The translations under genes and the position numbers were made by a program. This document shows, one piece after another, positions 18,376-27,480 of a stretch of DNA of 64,000 nt. Where the stretch lies: NCBI GenBank assembly GCA_045803545.1, contig JBJMOW010000002.1, positions 192,001 to 256,000 on the forward strand, given 5' to 3'. The stretch is from Gemmatimonadaceae bacterium (GTDB lineage: Bacteria > Gemmatimonadota > Gemmatimonadetes > Gemmatimonadales > Gemmatimonadaceae). A model generated the notes under the pieces. It made no database searches. It was not told the origin of the DNA and worked only from the letters and a program-made list of their open reading frames with translations. Each line of letters starts with the position of its first letter. Position 1 is the stretch's first letter.

Positions 18376-19616
18376 TGCCCGCCTTAACCGATCGCGTACT
18401 CAGCCTCCCTGAATACCCGCTGGCAAGGATCCCCGCGCAGAAGCGCGAGCTCATAGCGCGCGGAATGGACGTCATCGATCTAGGTGCCGGAGACGCAGAT
18501 CTCTCACCGCCGCCCAAAGTGATAGAGCGAATCACCGAAGCCGTGCGTATTCCTACCATGAGTCGCTACGGATTCGCGCTCGGTCTCGTGGAATACCGCG
18601 AAGCTGTCTCTCGCTTCATGAAACGGAGATTCGGCCAGACGTTCGATCCGATGACGGAAGTCATTCCGCTGATCGGCTCGAAGGAAGGCATCTCGCATCT
18701 CGCGCTGGCGTACGTGTCGAGAGGCGACTACACGATCGTCCCCGAGCCTGGCTACAACTCCTACCTCGGCGGCACACTGCTGTCCGAGGCGACGATGTAC
18801 AAGTACCCGCTGCGGCCGGAAGAGAATTTCCTGATCAATCTCGACAGGATTCCGGCCGATGTGCTCAAGAAGACCAAGATTCTCTATCTGAATTACCCGA
18901 ACAACCCTACCTCTGCGATCGCGCCGAAAGAGTACCTGGAGGACATTGTCCGCCGCTGCAAGGAACTCGATATCCTGCTGGTGTATGACAATGCTTACTC
19001 CGAGCTCGCGTACGACGGATACGTGCCGCCCAGCATTTTCGAGATTCCTGGCGCGCGTGACGTAGCAATCGAGTTCCACTCGATGTCGAAGACGTACAAC
19101 ATGACCGGGTGGCGTTGCGGTTGGGCATGCGGGAAGGCGGAGTTCATCGCGGCACTGGGGAAGGTGAAATCCTTCATCGACACGGGGACGTTCTTGGCAA
19201 TTCAGGCAGCCGCTGCAACCGCGCTCGACGAATGCGTCGATTGGATTCCGCAGAACGTGGCGGAGTTCAAGCGCCGTCGCGATGCGGCAGTCGAGGCGTT
19301 TTGCGAAGCGGGCTTCCCGTGCGTCAAGCCGAAAGCGACGATGTATCTCTGGGCCCCTCTACCGAAAGACATTCCGAGCGCGGTGTTTGGTGAGCGACTC
19401 CTTCAGGATGAAGGCGTCGTCGTGCTGCCCGGCTCTCTCTTCGGTCCCGGCGGCGAAGGATTCTTCCGTGTTTCATTCATCACGTCGCCCGAGCGGTTGC
19501 GTGAAGCAGCAAGCCGGGCTGGACGCGTGCTGAAGCGGCTCCAGGCACAATCAGGTACGGACGTCCGCTCGACCACCCAGCGTCAGGAAGAGCGGCAGGG
19601 GATGGCGCGCGCCTGA
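18375..19616 (+). CDS. PLP-dependent aminotransferase class I/II (LL-DAP aminotransferase-like)
   Basis: GSKEGI, LNYPNNPT, DNAY and SMSKTYNMTGWR (PLP Lys) motifs. Confidence 0.9.
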   Translation: MPALTDRVLSLPEYPLARIPAQKRELIARGMDVIDLGAGDADLSPPPKVIERITEAVRIPTMSRYGFALGLVEYREAVSRFMKRRFGQTFDPMTEVIPLIGSKEGISHLALAYVSRGDYTIVPEPGYNSYLGGTLLSEATMYKYPLRPEENFLINLDRIPADVLKKTKILYLNYPNNPTSAIAPKEYLEDIVRRCKELDILLVYDNAYSELAYDGYVPPSIFEIPGARDVAIEFHSMSKTYNMTGWRCGWACGKAEFIAALGKVKSFIDTGTFLAIQAAAATALDECVDWIPQNVAEFKRRRDAAVEAFCEAGFPCVKPKATMYLWAPLPKDIPSAVFGERLLQDEGVVVLPGSLFGPGGEGFFRVSFITSPERLREAASRAGRVLKRLQAQSGTDVRSTTQRQEERQGMARA

Positions 19617-20464
19617 TGATTTTCCGCCGCGTCGAGACTGGCTCCGTGAGAACGGGGAGGAAGGTGTCGCCTTCCGTCCTCGTTTCGATCGGCGTGCATG
19701 TCGTCGTCGCGGTGGCGCTGATGCGCATGCTGATTCTGCACATCGACGTCTCGCGCTCGCGCAAGCCGACGACGGCGCAGGAACGCGTCGGCTTCGTGAC
19801 ACTCGCCAAGCCCGGCGAGAAACCAACTGCGGGTAGAGTTGGCGGAGATGGCCGCGCATTTACTCCGCGAGAGTTTCACGTGGTCGCGCCGAGGATCGTG
19901 CCGAACGCGATCCCGATGCCCAACGTCACGGCTGTGAAGCCGACTGAAGAGGCGGGCACCGGACCACTCGTCGGCGGTGGTGGACCGTCGCGTGGGGTGC
20001 GGCCCTCGTACACAGACGGACGTGTTTGGGAGCCGCCCGGACGCGTCGTCGCTCGACCAAAAACGGTCAAAGAGACAATCGATAGTTTGATCGCTGACGG
20101 AATCGCTCCTTACAACGACTCGATCGCAGCGGGTGCACAGCGTCGCGATCCGACCGATTGGACGGTGGAGAAGGGCGGCTACAAGTGGGGCATCGATCGC
20201 CACGCGATTCGGCTTGGCCCGGTGTCGATTCCGACGGCTTTGCTGGCGATGTTGCCGCTCAACGTCCAGGGCAATCCGATGACGATCGAGCGCGATCGCG
20301 CCTATGCGGCGATGAATCGCGACATCAGCTGGCACGCACAGCAGGCAATCAACGACGCCGACTTCATGAAAGCGGTGCGCAGTATTCGCGAGCGCAAGGA
20401 GCGGGAACGCGCGGCGCTTGCCATTACCTCGAGCAAGGACAGCTCCGGCGACCACCCGCGGTGA
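19616..20464 (+). CDS. Hypothetical membrane-anchored protein (N-terminal TM helix, Pro/Gly-rich linker)
   Basis: Coupled to the aminotransferase (TGATG overlap), with a TonB-like TM segment SIGVHVVV. Confidence 0.7.
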   Translation: MIFRRVETGSVRTGRKVSPSVLVSIGVHVVVAVALMRMLILHIDVSRSRKPTTAQERVGFVTLAKPGEKPTAGRVGGDGRAFTPREFHVVAPRIVPNAIPMPNVTAVKPTEEAGTGPLVGGGGPSRGVRPSYTDGRVWEPPGRVVARPKTVKETIDSLIADGIAPYNDSIAAGAQRRDPTDWTVEKGGYKWGIDRHAIRLGPVSIPTALLAMLPLNVQGNPMTIERDRAYAAMNRDISWHAQQAINDADFMKAVRSIRERKERERAALAITSSKDSSGDHPR

Positions 20465-20544
20465 TTGACTGCGGCGGCTAGTCAATAGTCCGAAGCTCCA
20501 AATCGTGCAAACACAACGCTTTAACCGTTTCACCATACCCAGTA

Positions 20545-20579
20545 TTGCTATTTTTCCAGCATATGCTAGATTCGTAGCA
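20545..20579 (+). promoter_or_regulatory. Tandem palindromic operators TGCTA-N6-(T/C)AGCA overlapping a TTGCTA-N16-TAGATT promoter
   Basis: TGCTATTTTTCCAGCA at 20546-20561 and TGCTAGATTCGTAGCA at 20564-20579, directly upstream of the BlaI-family gene. Confidence 0.65.
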
Positions 20580-20604
20580 CTTTACTACACCAGCTGAGAT
20601 TGCA

Positions 20605-20997
20605 ATGGCGCACGAGGAAGAACTTGAAGGCTTGAGCCGCCGCGAGCGGCAAATAATGGATTTTCTTTTTCAGCACGGCCGAGCGTCCGTCGGTGAGGTG
20701 CTGGATGGGATTCCAAGTCCACCGGGCTACTCGGCGGTGCGCGCAACGCTGCGCACGCTGGAGCAAAAAGGAAGGGTCATACACGAGGAGGACGGACGCG
20801 CCTATGTGTATCGGCCGACGCTCCGACCAGAGGCGGCCCGTCGCTCCGCGCTCACTCACGTCCTGAAAACGTTCTTCGATAATTCGGCGGAGCAAGCGGT
20901 CGCCGCTTTGCTCGAGCTCAAAGGCACCAAGCTTTCGAAGGCCGAGCTCGATCGTGTCGCGAAACTGGTCGATTCGGCAAAGAAGGAGGGTCGGTAG
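20605..20997 (+). CDS. BlaI/MecI/CopY family transcriptional repressor
   Basis: LSRRERQIMD.L, YSAVR..LR.LE.KG, GRAYVY.P and FFDNS motifs. Confidence 0.92.
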   Translation: MAHEEELEGLSRRERQIMDFLFQHGRASVGEVLDGIPSPPGYSAVRATLRTLEQKGRVIHEEDGRAYVYRPTLRPEAARRSALTHVLKTFFDNSAEQAVAALLELKGTKLSKAELDRVAKLVDSAKKEGR

Positions 20998-23559
20998 ATG
21001 ACATCCGTTCTTGGGTCGACGCAGAATCTGCAAGCCGTTCTCCCTCTGTTCGTTGACGCAGCAATCAAGGGCGCGGTGCTGGTGGTGATTGCCGCGATTG
21101 CTGTATACGCGCTGAGGAATAAATCGGCAGCTTCGCGTCACGCAGTGTGGAGCGCAGCAGTGATCGGTCACTTGGCAATTCCGTTGTTCATGCTGATTCT
21201 GCCGGCGTGGAAAATTCCTTTCCTCCCGGCAACGCCGTGGACGACGGGGTCGCCGTCAGATGAGATCGTTGTCAATCCGGGTGCTGTTTCACCCGCAGTA
21301 ATCGATAACTCCATCAAAGACGCTGTTTCTTCGGTAACCGACGACAAATCGCCGGCGACGCAGCCAGCAGCGCGTACCTCACTCCCCTCCAAGTCGCGCG
21401 CTGTCGGCTCGTCCCCTGTCAGCTCACAGCCGATGAGTACCTTCGCTATGATCGCGACGATCTGGTTCGTCGGAGCGACACTGGTTTTGCTACGTCTCGC
21501 ACTGGGAACATGGCAAGTCGGACGGCTTGCCCGTGTCGGTGCACGAGTTGAAGACGGCGCATGGTTGTCGCTGACCCAACGTCTCGCCAACCGCCTCGGT
21601 GTTTCAAGACCGCTGACGTTGCTCCGCGGCGATCGCCTCGCCGTGCCGGTCACGTGGGGAATCGTATATCCTGCCGTGCTGCTACCGCAGGATTCCGACA
21701 ACTGGACAGACGAACAGCGCCGCTTTGTGCTCGTTCACGAGATGGCGCACGTGAAGCGGTTCGATGCCCTGACGCAACTGCTGGCACAGCTCGCCGTCGC
21801 TTTGTTCTGGTTCGATCCGCTGGTTTGGGTTGCAGCTCACCAAATGCGCGTCGAGCGGGAGCACGCGTGCGATGACTACGTGCTGCGTGACGGAACGACA
21901 CCGTCTCTCTACGCAGGCGAGCTGTTGGAGATGGTTCGCAGTATCGGGACTCCCCGCCACGACAGTGCAGCTCCCGCATTTGCCGCGCTGGCAATGGCGC
22001 GCCGATCCGAGTTCGAGGGGCGGATGCTCGCCATTCTCGATCCACGTCTCGATCGTAATACACTGAATCGCAGAGGTGCATTCATGACCGCCGCTATAGT
22101 TGCGTTGTTGACAATTCCGCTCGCTGCTTTGCGTCCGTACCAGCAGCCAACGAGTCCGACTAAGCCCGATGGGTTCCCGTCATCGTTCAAAGTCACTATC
22201 GGCAACAGCACAGTTCCTTCGCAGATCGCAACCACGACTACATCAGCGGGTGCGGCGTCTGCTACCAAGACCGTGGCGGCCGCAACGTCGGCCACAACGT
22301 CGACCGCAACGCAGGCCGGACTTCAGGCCAGGTGGGCGTGCGAGAAATATCCGATGGGCACCGAGCTTCACGGGACCTCGTCACATGTCAGCGAACACAC
22401 TGGCGACGGCCCTGACCGCTGGGATCTGCTATTCAGCGAATCGGGTCATTGCACCGAGGCAGCAGTGATCGGCAAGATCGTTTTTTCGCCCGATGAGCGG
22501 CGCATCGCACAACTCTCCCCTGGTGGATTTGCCAGATTCCGGGAGCGCACGTCGTCATTCGACCGCGCCGTATCCATCAATTCAGTTGGTGATGGATCGT
22601 TGAACTACACTTCATTCATCAACGGCCAACCCGTCGCTTTTGACGGCGGTATGCAGGCGTGGCTGGAGCAGCTGCTTCCGACGCTGCTGCGCGAAATGCC
22701 GCTCAACGTTCCCGCTCGTGTCGCTCGCTACAGAGAACGTGGCGGGGTGCCGGCGGTCCTGGAGATGATCGCCCAAATCCGCAGTACGGGTGCGCGGCGC
22801 GAGCATTACCAGGAACTGCTCAAGGGACCGGTGTCCAACGCCGACGCCGAGCTGATTGCGGCACACGCTGCGCGCGACCTGGCTGGAAGCTCCGGCGACC
22901 TCAGCTCCGTGCTTCAGAAACTTCCGCGCACCGCGCTTCAGAGCCGCGGAACTCGTGACGCACTCGTCACTGCGCTTGCCAGCATCACTTCGAGCGGAGA
23001 CAGGGCGAGCACACTGGAGATCCTGGCACCGAACGCCGACCCGGATCTGCTCGTGATCCTGGCCCAGGCGGCCGAGGGATTGGGCTCGAGTGGAGACAAA
23101 GCCAATTACCTGATCGTCAGCGCAGCTGAGTACCTGACGCCCCGATCCGAGAGGCTGAGGAACGCTTTCTTCCACGCGGCACTCACCGTCCCGTCGAGCG
23201 GCGATCTGGCGAACGTGCTGCAGAACGCAATGGCGTATGGCCATGCCGATCCCGCTGTAACGATGGACATCATCGACGCTTCGCGGAAACTTGCTTCGAG
23301 TGGCGATGCGGCCAACGTACTCATGATGCTGACAACCAGCCGACTACTGCAGCCGGGTACACCGCGCGCAACCTTGGCCGCGATTCAACGAACTCTGACA
23401 ATGGCGTCGAGCGGCGATCGCGCGAACGTGTTGATGTTGATCGCCACCGCAAAGCTCCTCACCAACGCTGAAATCAGAAACGCCTACATGGATGCGGCGA
23501 CCGCGCTCCCTTCAGATGGCGACCGTGCCAACGCGCTGGCTGCCGCGGCAAGACAATAA
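20998..23559 (+). CDS. M56 family (BlaR1-like) metallopeptidase with C-terminal helical SSGD repeats
   Basis: TM N-terminus, HEMAH, RE.ACDD and LAMAR motifs; seven (S/P)S(S/D)GD-centred repeats at the C-terminus. Confidence 0.9.
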   Translation: MTSVLGSTQNLQAVLPLFVDAAIKGAVLVVIAAIAVYALRNKSAASRHAVWSAAVIGHLAIPLFMLILPAWKIPFLPATPWTTGSPSDEIVVNPGAVSPAVIDNSIKDAVSSVTDDKSPATQPAARTSLPSKSRAVGSSPVSSQPMSTFAMIATIWFVGATLVLLRLALGTWQVGRLARVGARVEDGAWLSLTQRLANRLGVSRPLTLLRGDRLAVPVTWGIVYPAVLLPQDSDNWTDEQRRFVLVHEMAHVKRFDALTQLLAQLAVALFWFDPLVWVAAHQMRVEREHACDDYVLRDGTTPSLYAGELLEMVRSIGTPRHDSAAPAFAALAMARRSEFEGRMLAILDPRLDRNTLNRRGAFMTAAIVALLTIPLAALRPYQQPTSPTKPDGFPSSFKVTIGNSTVPSQIATTTTSAGAASATKTVAAATSATTSTATQAGLQARWACEKYPMGTELHGTSSHVSEHTGDGPDRWDLLFSESGHCTEAAVIGKIVFSPDERRIAQLSPGGFARFRERTSSFDRAVSINSVGDGSLNYTSFINGQPVAFDGGMQAWLEQLLPTLLREMPLNVPARVARYRERGGVPAVLEMIAQIRSTGARREHYQELLKGPVSNADAELIAAHAARDLAGSSGDLSSVLQKLPRTALQSRGTRDALVTALASITSSGDRASTLEILAPNADPDLLVILAQAAEGLGSSGDKANYLIVSAAEYLTPRSERLRNAFFHAALTVPSSGDLANVLQNAMAYGHADPAVTMDIIDASRKLASSGDAANVLMMLTTSRLLQPGTPRATLAAIQRTLTMASSGDRANVLMLIATAKLLTNAEIRNAYMDAATALPSDGDRANALAAAARQ

Positions 23560-23634
23560 TCGACGAACCCGGCGAGCCGTTTCGACTCGCCGGGAGTTAA
23601 ACGCGAACCCACCCAAACACCGTTAGGAGAAGCG

Positions 23635-26214
23635 ATGGGAAAAGATCTGCTGTTGAACGCGTCCTCCAGTGCTAGAAAACTAGCATTCCTGGTCCTTTCT
23701 TCACTCGTGTTGGCTCCGGTGGGACGCGCACAAGCGATTCGCGCGCAGGGGACGACGACCGGCGAATCATTGCGCGCGTTCCAGGCGAACGCGACGATCG
23801 CCGACGAGGCGCCCACGATCGACGGCAAAGACGATGATGCGGTCTGGCGGACTGCAGCGCCAATCACCGGTTTCCGGGCGTTCGACCCCAAGGAAGACGG
23901 CGATCCCGCGTTCGCGACCGAGGCGAAAATCGCCTACGACGCGCAAAACATTTACGTCTTCGTCCGCATGTTCGATCCGCGCCCGGACAGCATCATCGCA
24001 CTCCTGTCGCGGCGTGACGTGAAGACTCAGAGCGAGCAGATCAAGGTTATGATCGACTCGTATCACGACCGGCGCACCGCGTACGAGTTTGCAGTGAACC
24101 CGGCGGGTGTGAAGCGCGACTACTACGAGTACGATGACTCGCGCGAGGATGCCAGCTGGGATGCGGTTTGGGACGCCGCAACGAGGATCGATTCGCTCGG
24201 TTGGACCGCCGAATTCCGGATTCCCTTGAGCCAGGTGCGGTATCCACGTGCTGCCGAGCATACCTTCGGGGTCATGATCATGCGCGACATCACTCGTCGC
24301 AGCGAGCGCGATAGCTGGCCCGTGTATCGACGCTCCAAGAGCGGAATCGCCTCGCAGTTCGGTGATCTCGTCGGCCTGCGTGGGCTGGGCTCGCCGCACC
24401 GGCTGGAAGTCGCTCCTTACGTCATTGCAAAGAATTCCAGTGTGTCGCAGACGACGGGCTTTGGTAGAACTCAGAAGCAGACAGTCGGGGGCGACCTCAA
24501 ATACGGCGTAACGTCCAATCTGACTCTGGATGCGACGGTGAATCCTGATTTCGGCCAGGTCGAGGCAGATCCAGCCCAGCTGAATCTCACCGCATACGAG
24601 ACCTTTCTCGCGGAGCAGCGACCATTCTTCCTGGAAGGCACGGGGATTCTCGCCTTCGGCAGCGGAGACGGCTCCCGCCTGTTCTACACGCGGCGAATTG
24701 GCCGCGCCCCGCAGTTATCCGGTCTGGTTAGTGATCCGACCGCCGATATCCCGGCTGCAACGCCGATTCTTGGCGCCTCGAAACTGACGGGAAGACTGGC
24801 TAGCGGAACTTCCGTGGGCAGCCTGTTCGCCGTGACGGGCCGCGAGGCTGTCGGTCCGACATTGATCGAGCCGCAGACCGAATACGGTGTATTTCGTGTG
24901 TCTCAGGATTTCAGGAAGGGCGAATCCGGCGTCGGCGGAATCGTAACCGTCGTTAATCGCCAGCTCGATGACGACGCAGCCGACTTCTTGCGCCGGCAGT
25001 CGATCACCGGCGGCATCGACGCGCGTCATCGGTTTGACAAAGGTCGCTACAAGATCAGCGGGTTTCTGGCTGCAAGTGATGTACGCGGCAGTGAAGCTGC
25101 AATCGCGCGAACCCAGCGCAATGCAGTTCACTACTACAACCGGCCCGATGCCGGTCTGTCTTACGACTCAACTCGGACTGCGCTGTCCGGCACCGACATG
25201 CAGCTGAGAGCCGACAAGGTTGCGGGTGTCTTCACTTATGGCGCGTTCTACGAGCGTCTGTCTCCCGGCTTCGAAACCAACGACGTCGGGTTTCTGTCGC
25301 AGGCGGACCAGCAGATCGCGCAAGGCTATCTGTCGTGGCAGAGCAGCCAGCCTCGCGCGTTCTGGCGCAACGCATCACTGCAGCTCTATCAATTCAATCA
25401 ATTCACGACCACCGGATTGCCGGTCACGAACTTCAGTGAGCTCGATCTGTTCACGGAGTTCACCAATCGAATGACGTTCAGTGCGAGCCTGTGGGGCGAC
25501 AACCTGACGCCCGCGTACTGCGATCGCTGCGCCCGCGGCGGCCCGGCGCTCCGCGTCACGCCTGACGTCAACCTCCTGATCAACATCGGCGCTGATCCCC
25601 GCCCGATGGTCGTGCCGACAATTGCGGCGATTTACAGCGTCGGCGATTACGGCAACTCCACCCTATGGCGAATTCGTCCGTACGTCACTGTGCGCGCGCG
25701 CAGCAATCTGAGCTGGGAGCTGGGCACGCGTTACCAGCGCAATCGCAACGATACGCAGTGGTATGACAACCTCGGTGTGATTGGCAGCGATACCACGCAT
25801 TACCTGTTTGCCCATCTCGACCAGGAGTTACTGAGCTTCACCAGTCGGTTGAACTACACGGCGACAACGACGCTGTCCCTGCAGTGCTACGCGGAGCCGT
25901 TTATCACGACCGGACGCTACTTCCGGCTGCGAGAGATCGCCAATCCGCGATCACCGAGCTACGACGAACGCTACCACCCGTATGCGATGAGCACCGACGA
26001 CGCGAGCTTCAACATCAAGGAGCTACACGCAAGCGCTGTCGCGCGCTGGGAATATCGGCCAGGTTCGACCCTATTCATGGTGTGGACGCAGGGACGGGAT
26101 CAGGAGGATCGCGATCTCGGCAGCTTTTTGCCGGCGAGAGATCTGCGAAACCTCTTCGCGGCGAGGCCGGATAACACATTCCTCATTAAAGCGTCGTACT
26201 GGATCAACTTCTGA
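23635..26214 (+). CDS. DUF5916 outer membrane protein with an N-terminal CBM9-like domain
   Basis: PTIDG..DD.VW, GWTAEFRIP and TVNPDFGQVEAD...E.RPFFLEG motifs; ends KASYWINF. Confidence 0.85.
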   Translation: MGKDLLLNASSSARKLAFLVLSSLVLAPVGRAQAIRAQGTTTGESLRAFQANATIADEAPTIDGKDDDAVWRTAAPITGFRAFDPKEDGDPAFATEAKIAYDAQNIYVFVRMFDPRPDSIIALLSRRDVKTQSEQIKVMIDSYHDRRTAYEFAVNPAGVKRDYYEYDDSREDASWDAVWDAATRIDSLGWTAEFRIPLSQVRYPRAAEHTFGVMIMRDITRRSERDSWPVYRRSKSGIASQFGDLVGLRGLGSPHRLEVAPYVIAKNSSVSQTTGFGRTQKQTVGGDLKYGVTSNLTLDATVNPDFGQVEADPAQLNLTAYETFLAEQRPFFLEGTGILAFGSGDGSRLFYTRRIGRAPQLSGLVSDPTADIPAATPILGASKLTGRLASGTSVGSLFAVTGREAVGPTLIEPQTEYGVFRVSQDFRKGESGVGGIVTVVNRQLDDDAADFLRRQSITGGIDARHRFDKGRYKISGFLAASDVRGSEAAIARTQRNAVHYYNRPDAGLSYDSTRTALSGTDMQLRADKVAGVFTYGAFYERLSPGFETNDVGFLSQADQQIAQGYLSWQSSQPRAFWRNASLQLYQFNQFTTTGLPVTNFSELDLFTEFTNRMTFSASLWGDNLTPAYCDRCARGGPALRVTPDVNLLINIGADPRPMVVPTIAAIYSVGDYGNSTLWRIRPYVTVRARSNLSWELGTRYQRNRNDTQWYDNLGVIGSDTTHYLFAHLDQELLSFTSRLNYTATTTLSLQCYAEPFITTGRYFRLREIANPRSPSYDERYHPYAMSTDDASFNIKELHASAVARWEYRPGSTLFMVWTQGRDQEDRDLGSFLPARDLRNLFAARPDNTFLIKASYWINF

Positions 26215-26228
26215 AACTGTCCGCAGCT

Positions 26229-26651
26229 TTAGGAGAATTGCGCGAAGCCCACTGTATTTCCGCCCGGCTCCCTCACGTAGATCTCGGTACTGCCGTAGAA
26301 CGTGTCGTGTCGCGGTTTGACGACGGGGGCGCCGGCGAGCGATTTCTCGATGCTGTCGAGATCGTCGACGGTGATGAACAGTGCGACCGAGTGACCCATT
26401 ATGTCGCGGGCCGCGCCCGGATCCTCGCTCAACACGCTGGCGCGTGTCTGGTACATGATCTCCACCGGTCCTTTTTGCACGCTGGCGAAAATCAGCTTGC
26501 CGTCGTCACCCGGCACCTTGTTGGTGATCTCGAAGCCCAGTCGATCCGTCCAGAACTTCACACACGGTTCGACGGCATCGACGATGAGTACCGGCGTCAA
26601 CTGCTTCACTCCGGGGGAACGCCCCTGAGAATCGTCCTTCGAATCAGTCAT
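26229..26651 (-). CDS. VOC/glyoxalase family protein
   Basis: LTPVLIV...FW..RLGF...TFYG..E..VREPGGN. Confidence 0.85.
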   Translation of the reverse strand: MTDSKDDSQGRSPGVKQLTPVLIVDAVEPCVKFWTDRLGFEITNKVPGDDGKLIFASVQKGPVEIMYQTRASVLSEDPGAARDIMGHSVALFITVDDLDSIEKSLAGAPVVKPRHDTFYGSTEIYVREPGGNTVGFAQFS

Positions 26652-26680
26652 TGATGAACCTCGTTGAGCACCACCATAAC

Positions 26681-26712
26681 AAAAAAACGGTCGGCCTGCG
26701 AGGCCGACCGTT
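26681..26712 (-). terminator. Intrinsic terminator after lexA
   Basis: AACGGTCGGCCT-CGC-AGGCCGACCG followed by a T7 run on the minus strand. Confidence 0.85.
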
Positions 26713-26731
26713 CAAGCATCTGTCAGATTCC

Positions 26732-27379
26732 TTACGAGGGCACGGAGTTCCCGCCGAGATTCGCATCGAAGCTCGGACGGAAAACGCCACAGATCACGCC
26801 CAGGACACTGAAATCCATCCCAGGCTGCACCGTAATGTCTCGTTCCGCTGGATTGGCAGCCTCAAGGACGATGGTGCCGCTGCGCTTCTTGTAAGTCTTG
26901 ACGGTTGCATCCTCGCCCAAGCGCGCGGCGACGATGTCATTGTCCTTCGGATCCTGTCGCGGGTTGACCAGTACAAAGTCGCCTTCGGTGATGCAGCGAC
27001 CGACCATGCTGTCGCCCTTCACCTTGAGGAAGAACACATCTTCCGACGGAATGAAGCGGCGATCGAGTGTGATGAACGACTGACGGTGCTCGGGGATTAA
27101 TGCCGGCTCGCCGGCGTGGATCTTACCATAGAAGGGCACTGGCTGCGTGCGCATCGACGCACCGAAGCCAAGCAGATTGACGCCGCGTGAGCGCGCAGGG
27201 TCGCGCTCGATGTAACCCTTTCGTGCCAGGGACTGCAGCAGATCAGAAACGGTCTTCGTCGACTTTATCTTGAACTGCTTCCCGATATCCCTAATGCTCG
27301 GCTGATAAGTGTTCTCAGCCGTGAAGTCGAGCAGATAGTGGTATACCGAGCTCTCGAGCTTGGTCAGTTGCTCGGACAT
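26732..27379 (-). CDS. lexA: SOS repressor LexA
   Basis: wHTH PSIRDIG...L..KGYI, Ala-Gly cleavage site IHAG, catalytic GDSM and TVK. ATG at 27379. Confidence 0.93.
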   Translation of the reverse strand: MSEQLTKLESSVYHYLLDFTAENTYQPSIRDIGKQFKIKSTKTVSDLLQSLARKGYIERDPARSRGVNLLGFGASMRTQPVPFYGKIHAGEPALIPEHRQSFITLDRRFIPSEDVFFLKVKGDSMVGRCITEGDFVLVNPRQDPKDNDIVAARLGEDATVKTYKKRSGTIVLEAANPAERDITVQPGMDFSVLGVICGVFRPSFDANLGGNSVPS

Positions 27380-27425
27380 GGGTGATTCCTGGAATCGGGT
27401 CGGCGGTGGTGAGGGACGCAAATAA

Positions 27426-27456
27426 TAATCTGTGTACGAAACCGTACGCGGTCAAC
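27426..27456 (-). promoter_or_regulatory. lexA promoter (TTGACC-N17-CAGATT) with the palindrome GTACG-N4-CGTAC in the spacer
   Basis: A perfect 5-bp-arm palindrome at 27434-27447 lies between the putative -35 and -10 elements. Confidence 0.6.
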
Positions 27457-27480
27457 ATTTTTTGTTTGTCGCGACGGTCG

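Noticed and set aside
19583..20536. Long antisense ORFs (for example 19583-20536, 3829-4869, 47117-48043, 60193-61059)
   Set aside because: They are shadow ORFs opposite well-supported genes, expected in GC-rich DNA, and show no recognisable motifs.
20605..23559. Beta-lactam resistance locus
   Set aside because: There is no penicillin-binding sensor domain and no beta-lactamase or PBP2a gene adjacent.
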